DNA of 64,000 nt from Podarcis bocagei (taxonomy: Eukaryota): assembly GCA_964188305.1 (NCBI GenBank), contig OZ076885.1, one strand, 5' to 3'. Below are positions 62,393 through 64,000 of this stretch, in pieces. The notes below the pieces were generated by a model. It searched no databases. It was given only the letters and a program-made list of their open reading frames with translations, and was not told the origin of the DNA. The translations under genes were made by a program, and so were the position numbers. Numbering within the stretch: the first letter of the stretch is position 1; every line of letters begins with the position of its first letter.

Positions 62393-64000
62393 CTTTTTCT
62401 TGTGTGACTGCGTTGTTTTCACCCTTTCTTCCATCCAACCACACTGCTTGAAAATAAAATTAAGATCAGAGTTTTCTTATAAATGACTGATAGTTATTAA
62501 AACAGAGGAAGCCAAAAGCACACTTTTCCCTCTTTCAAGAATTGAACCTCTCTGCTTTCATTTTTCTGCTTTTGGTGTTTTTTTTTAAAGGGGGGATAGT
62601 TACATTGTATAATAGACTATCTTGCCAATGCAACTGATATTCCCCTGCTATAAAAGTCATGAAACCAGCCTTACACATATGGGTGTGAGGCCTGGTTGAT
62701 GGTTTCACAGCACAAGCTCTGTATGCCTGAAACAAAGGCGTCAGAAAAACAGTAGAAGCTGTAAATATGTGCCCAAGTATGAATATCAGTGGCAATACCA
62801 ATTAATCTATACACCATGGGGGCTGCCAGCTCTTGGTACATTTTGTACCCAGCTCTTGGGGCCTGTTGATACATTTGCTTATGGGCTTATGGGCACTAAC
62901 TAAATGCATGGTGCGACTATTCCGTTTGCTATATCAATGCTTCGTTCAAGGCTGGGAGAGGAGATGCTGTGGCCTTTTGGGAATACCTCTATTGGCACAT
63001 GTATGCCCACTGGTACCATATTGGCAATCCCTGCTGTGTACACCCAGGGATCTTTATTTAACCATGCTGAGCACACACACACACACAGCTGGGATCCTAA
63101 GCTTTTATTCTGTGAGCAGAAGGAATTCCTGGAGGAAAAGTCCTCTATGCAGAGAAAGCTAGCTGGCCAATTCATTGCTTGGAATCCACGACTCTTTTGT
63201 AACAGATCCCTCCTAGAGTGGGAGAAAATATTTGCATCATTTCTACCAACTGACCCCATATGTTGCTGTAGAGGACTAAATGCCAAATGTGTTTTAACAG
63301 GGTTTCTCTGGAGGAGATGATAGACCTGATTTATTACGAGAATCCTCATTTCTGAGGTGGTAAGGTGTCACATAGAGAATGAACTTCATTGTTAACACTG
63401 TCAGACACCCTTCAACAAGCAGTTTCAGGCAACTGCACTTCAGTGTTTTTTAATTGGAGATAAGCATTTTTTTAATAAAAATGTTTAATGCCTACACCTA
63501 CTACCATCAGTCTCAAATTTTGAGTTCTGCGCAGATTTACTATATAGCAGGTGTAAGAAAAAACATAAAAAAGAAGGGTAGAGGGGCTGCTGTGTTGGCT
63601 ACTCAGTATGTGACTACTGTATATGTAAGCTTTTATTCCACATACTTATTTCTGTGGAAGCAGCTGCCTGGGTAAACGTCTCATTTCGACCTTTGCAAAA
63701 TGCAGTATCAAAACAGTAAGAGTATGAATTTATGTTTTGATAATTTCTGCATACTCACCAAATGTTAAACTCATGTAGAAAGGGCTTCATAGAAGAAAAA
63801 ATGGCAGCAACATTTCAGAGGGCTTTTCTACAAGACGACTTGTTCTATTGAGGAAGCAATCTTGAACACACTTACAAGTTAGTAAGCACCACTGAAGACA
63901 GCAGGACTTAACTTTAAATAATTACATAGATTGTATTGTTAATGTATTATCTAGAGAGCTTTTTTAAAGGTTAATTACAGGTACTGTATAAAATAGGTAA

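Larger units (their letters stand above)
54121..62415 (+). other. MGAT5: Probable long MGAT5 3'UTR
   Basis: Repeat-poor, AU-rich region after the stop, with several AATAAA; the best-looking site has a GU-rich element downstream. The end point is inferred. Confidence 0.55.

Noticed and set aside
62833-63349. Overlapping 109-149-aa ORFs near the window end
   Set aside because: No recognisable homology or convincing splice structure; probably non-coding.

Overview
Vertebrate genomic DNA, most likely from a lacertid-type squamate lizard (inferred from Sauria/Squam-type SINEs, CR1/L2 LINEs and lizard-type MITEs). The + strand carries 14 coding exons of MGAT5 (GnT-V). They match human coding exons 3-16 as I recall them, all GT-AG, with a continuous frame to TAG at 54118-54120, then a probable ~8 kb 3'UTR. 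Exons 1-2 lie upstream of the window. Intron 10 holds a complete, very young, antisense Ty3/gypsy chromovirus of the Tf1/sushi type (28388-33857): 408-bp LTRs that look identical, a GAAGC TSD, intact gag and pol, a tRNA-independent 11-nt self-priming site and a -1 frameshift pseudoknot. Top candidate 1: the integrase has a long tail after the chromodomain. It carries two tandem motifs resembling the LEDGF-IBD/TFIIS-N-domain interacting motif (helix-F, acidic linker, FxGF), then runs through the PPT and all of U3, suggesting an undescribed gene-body tethering mechanism. Top candidate 2: the 5' ends of MGAT5 introns 12, 4 and 7 echo the next exon or the spliced junction. All alignments were done by eye; no searches were run.
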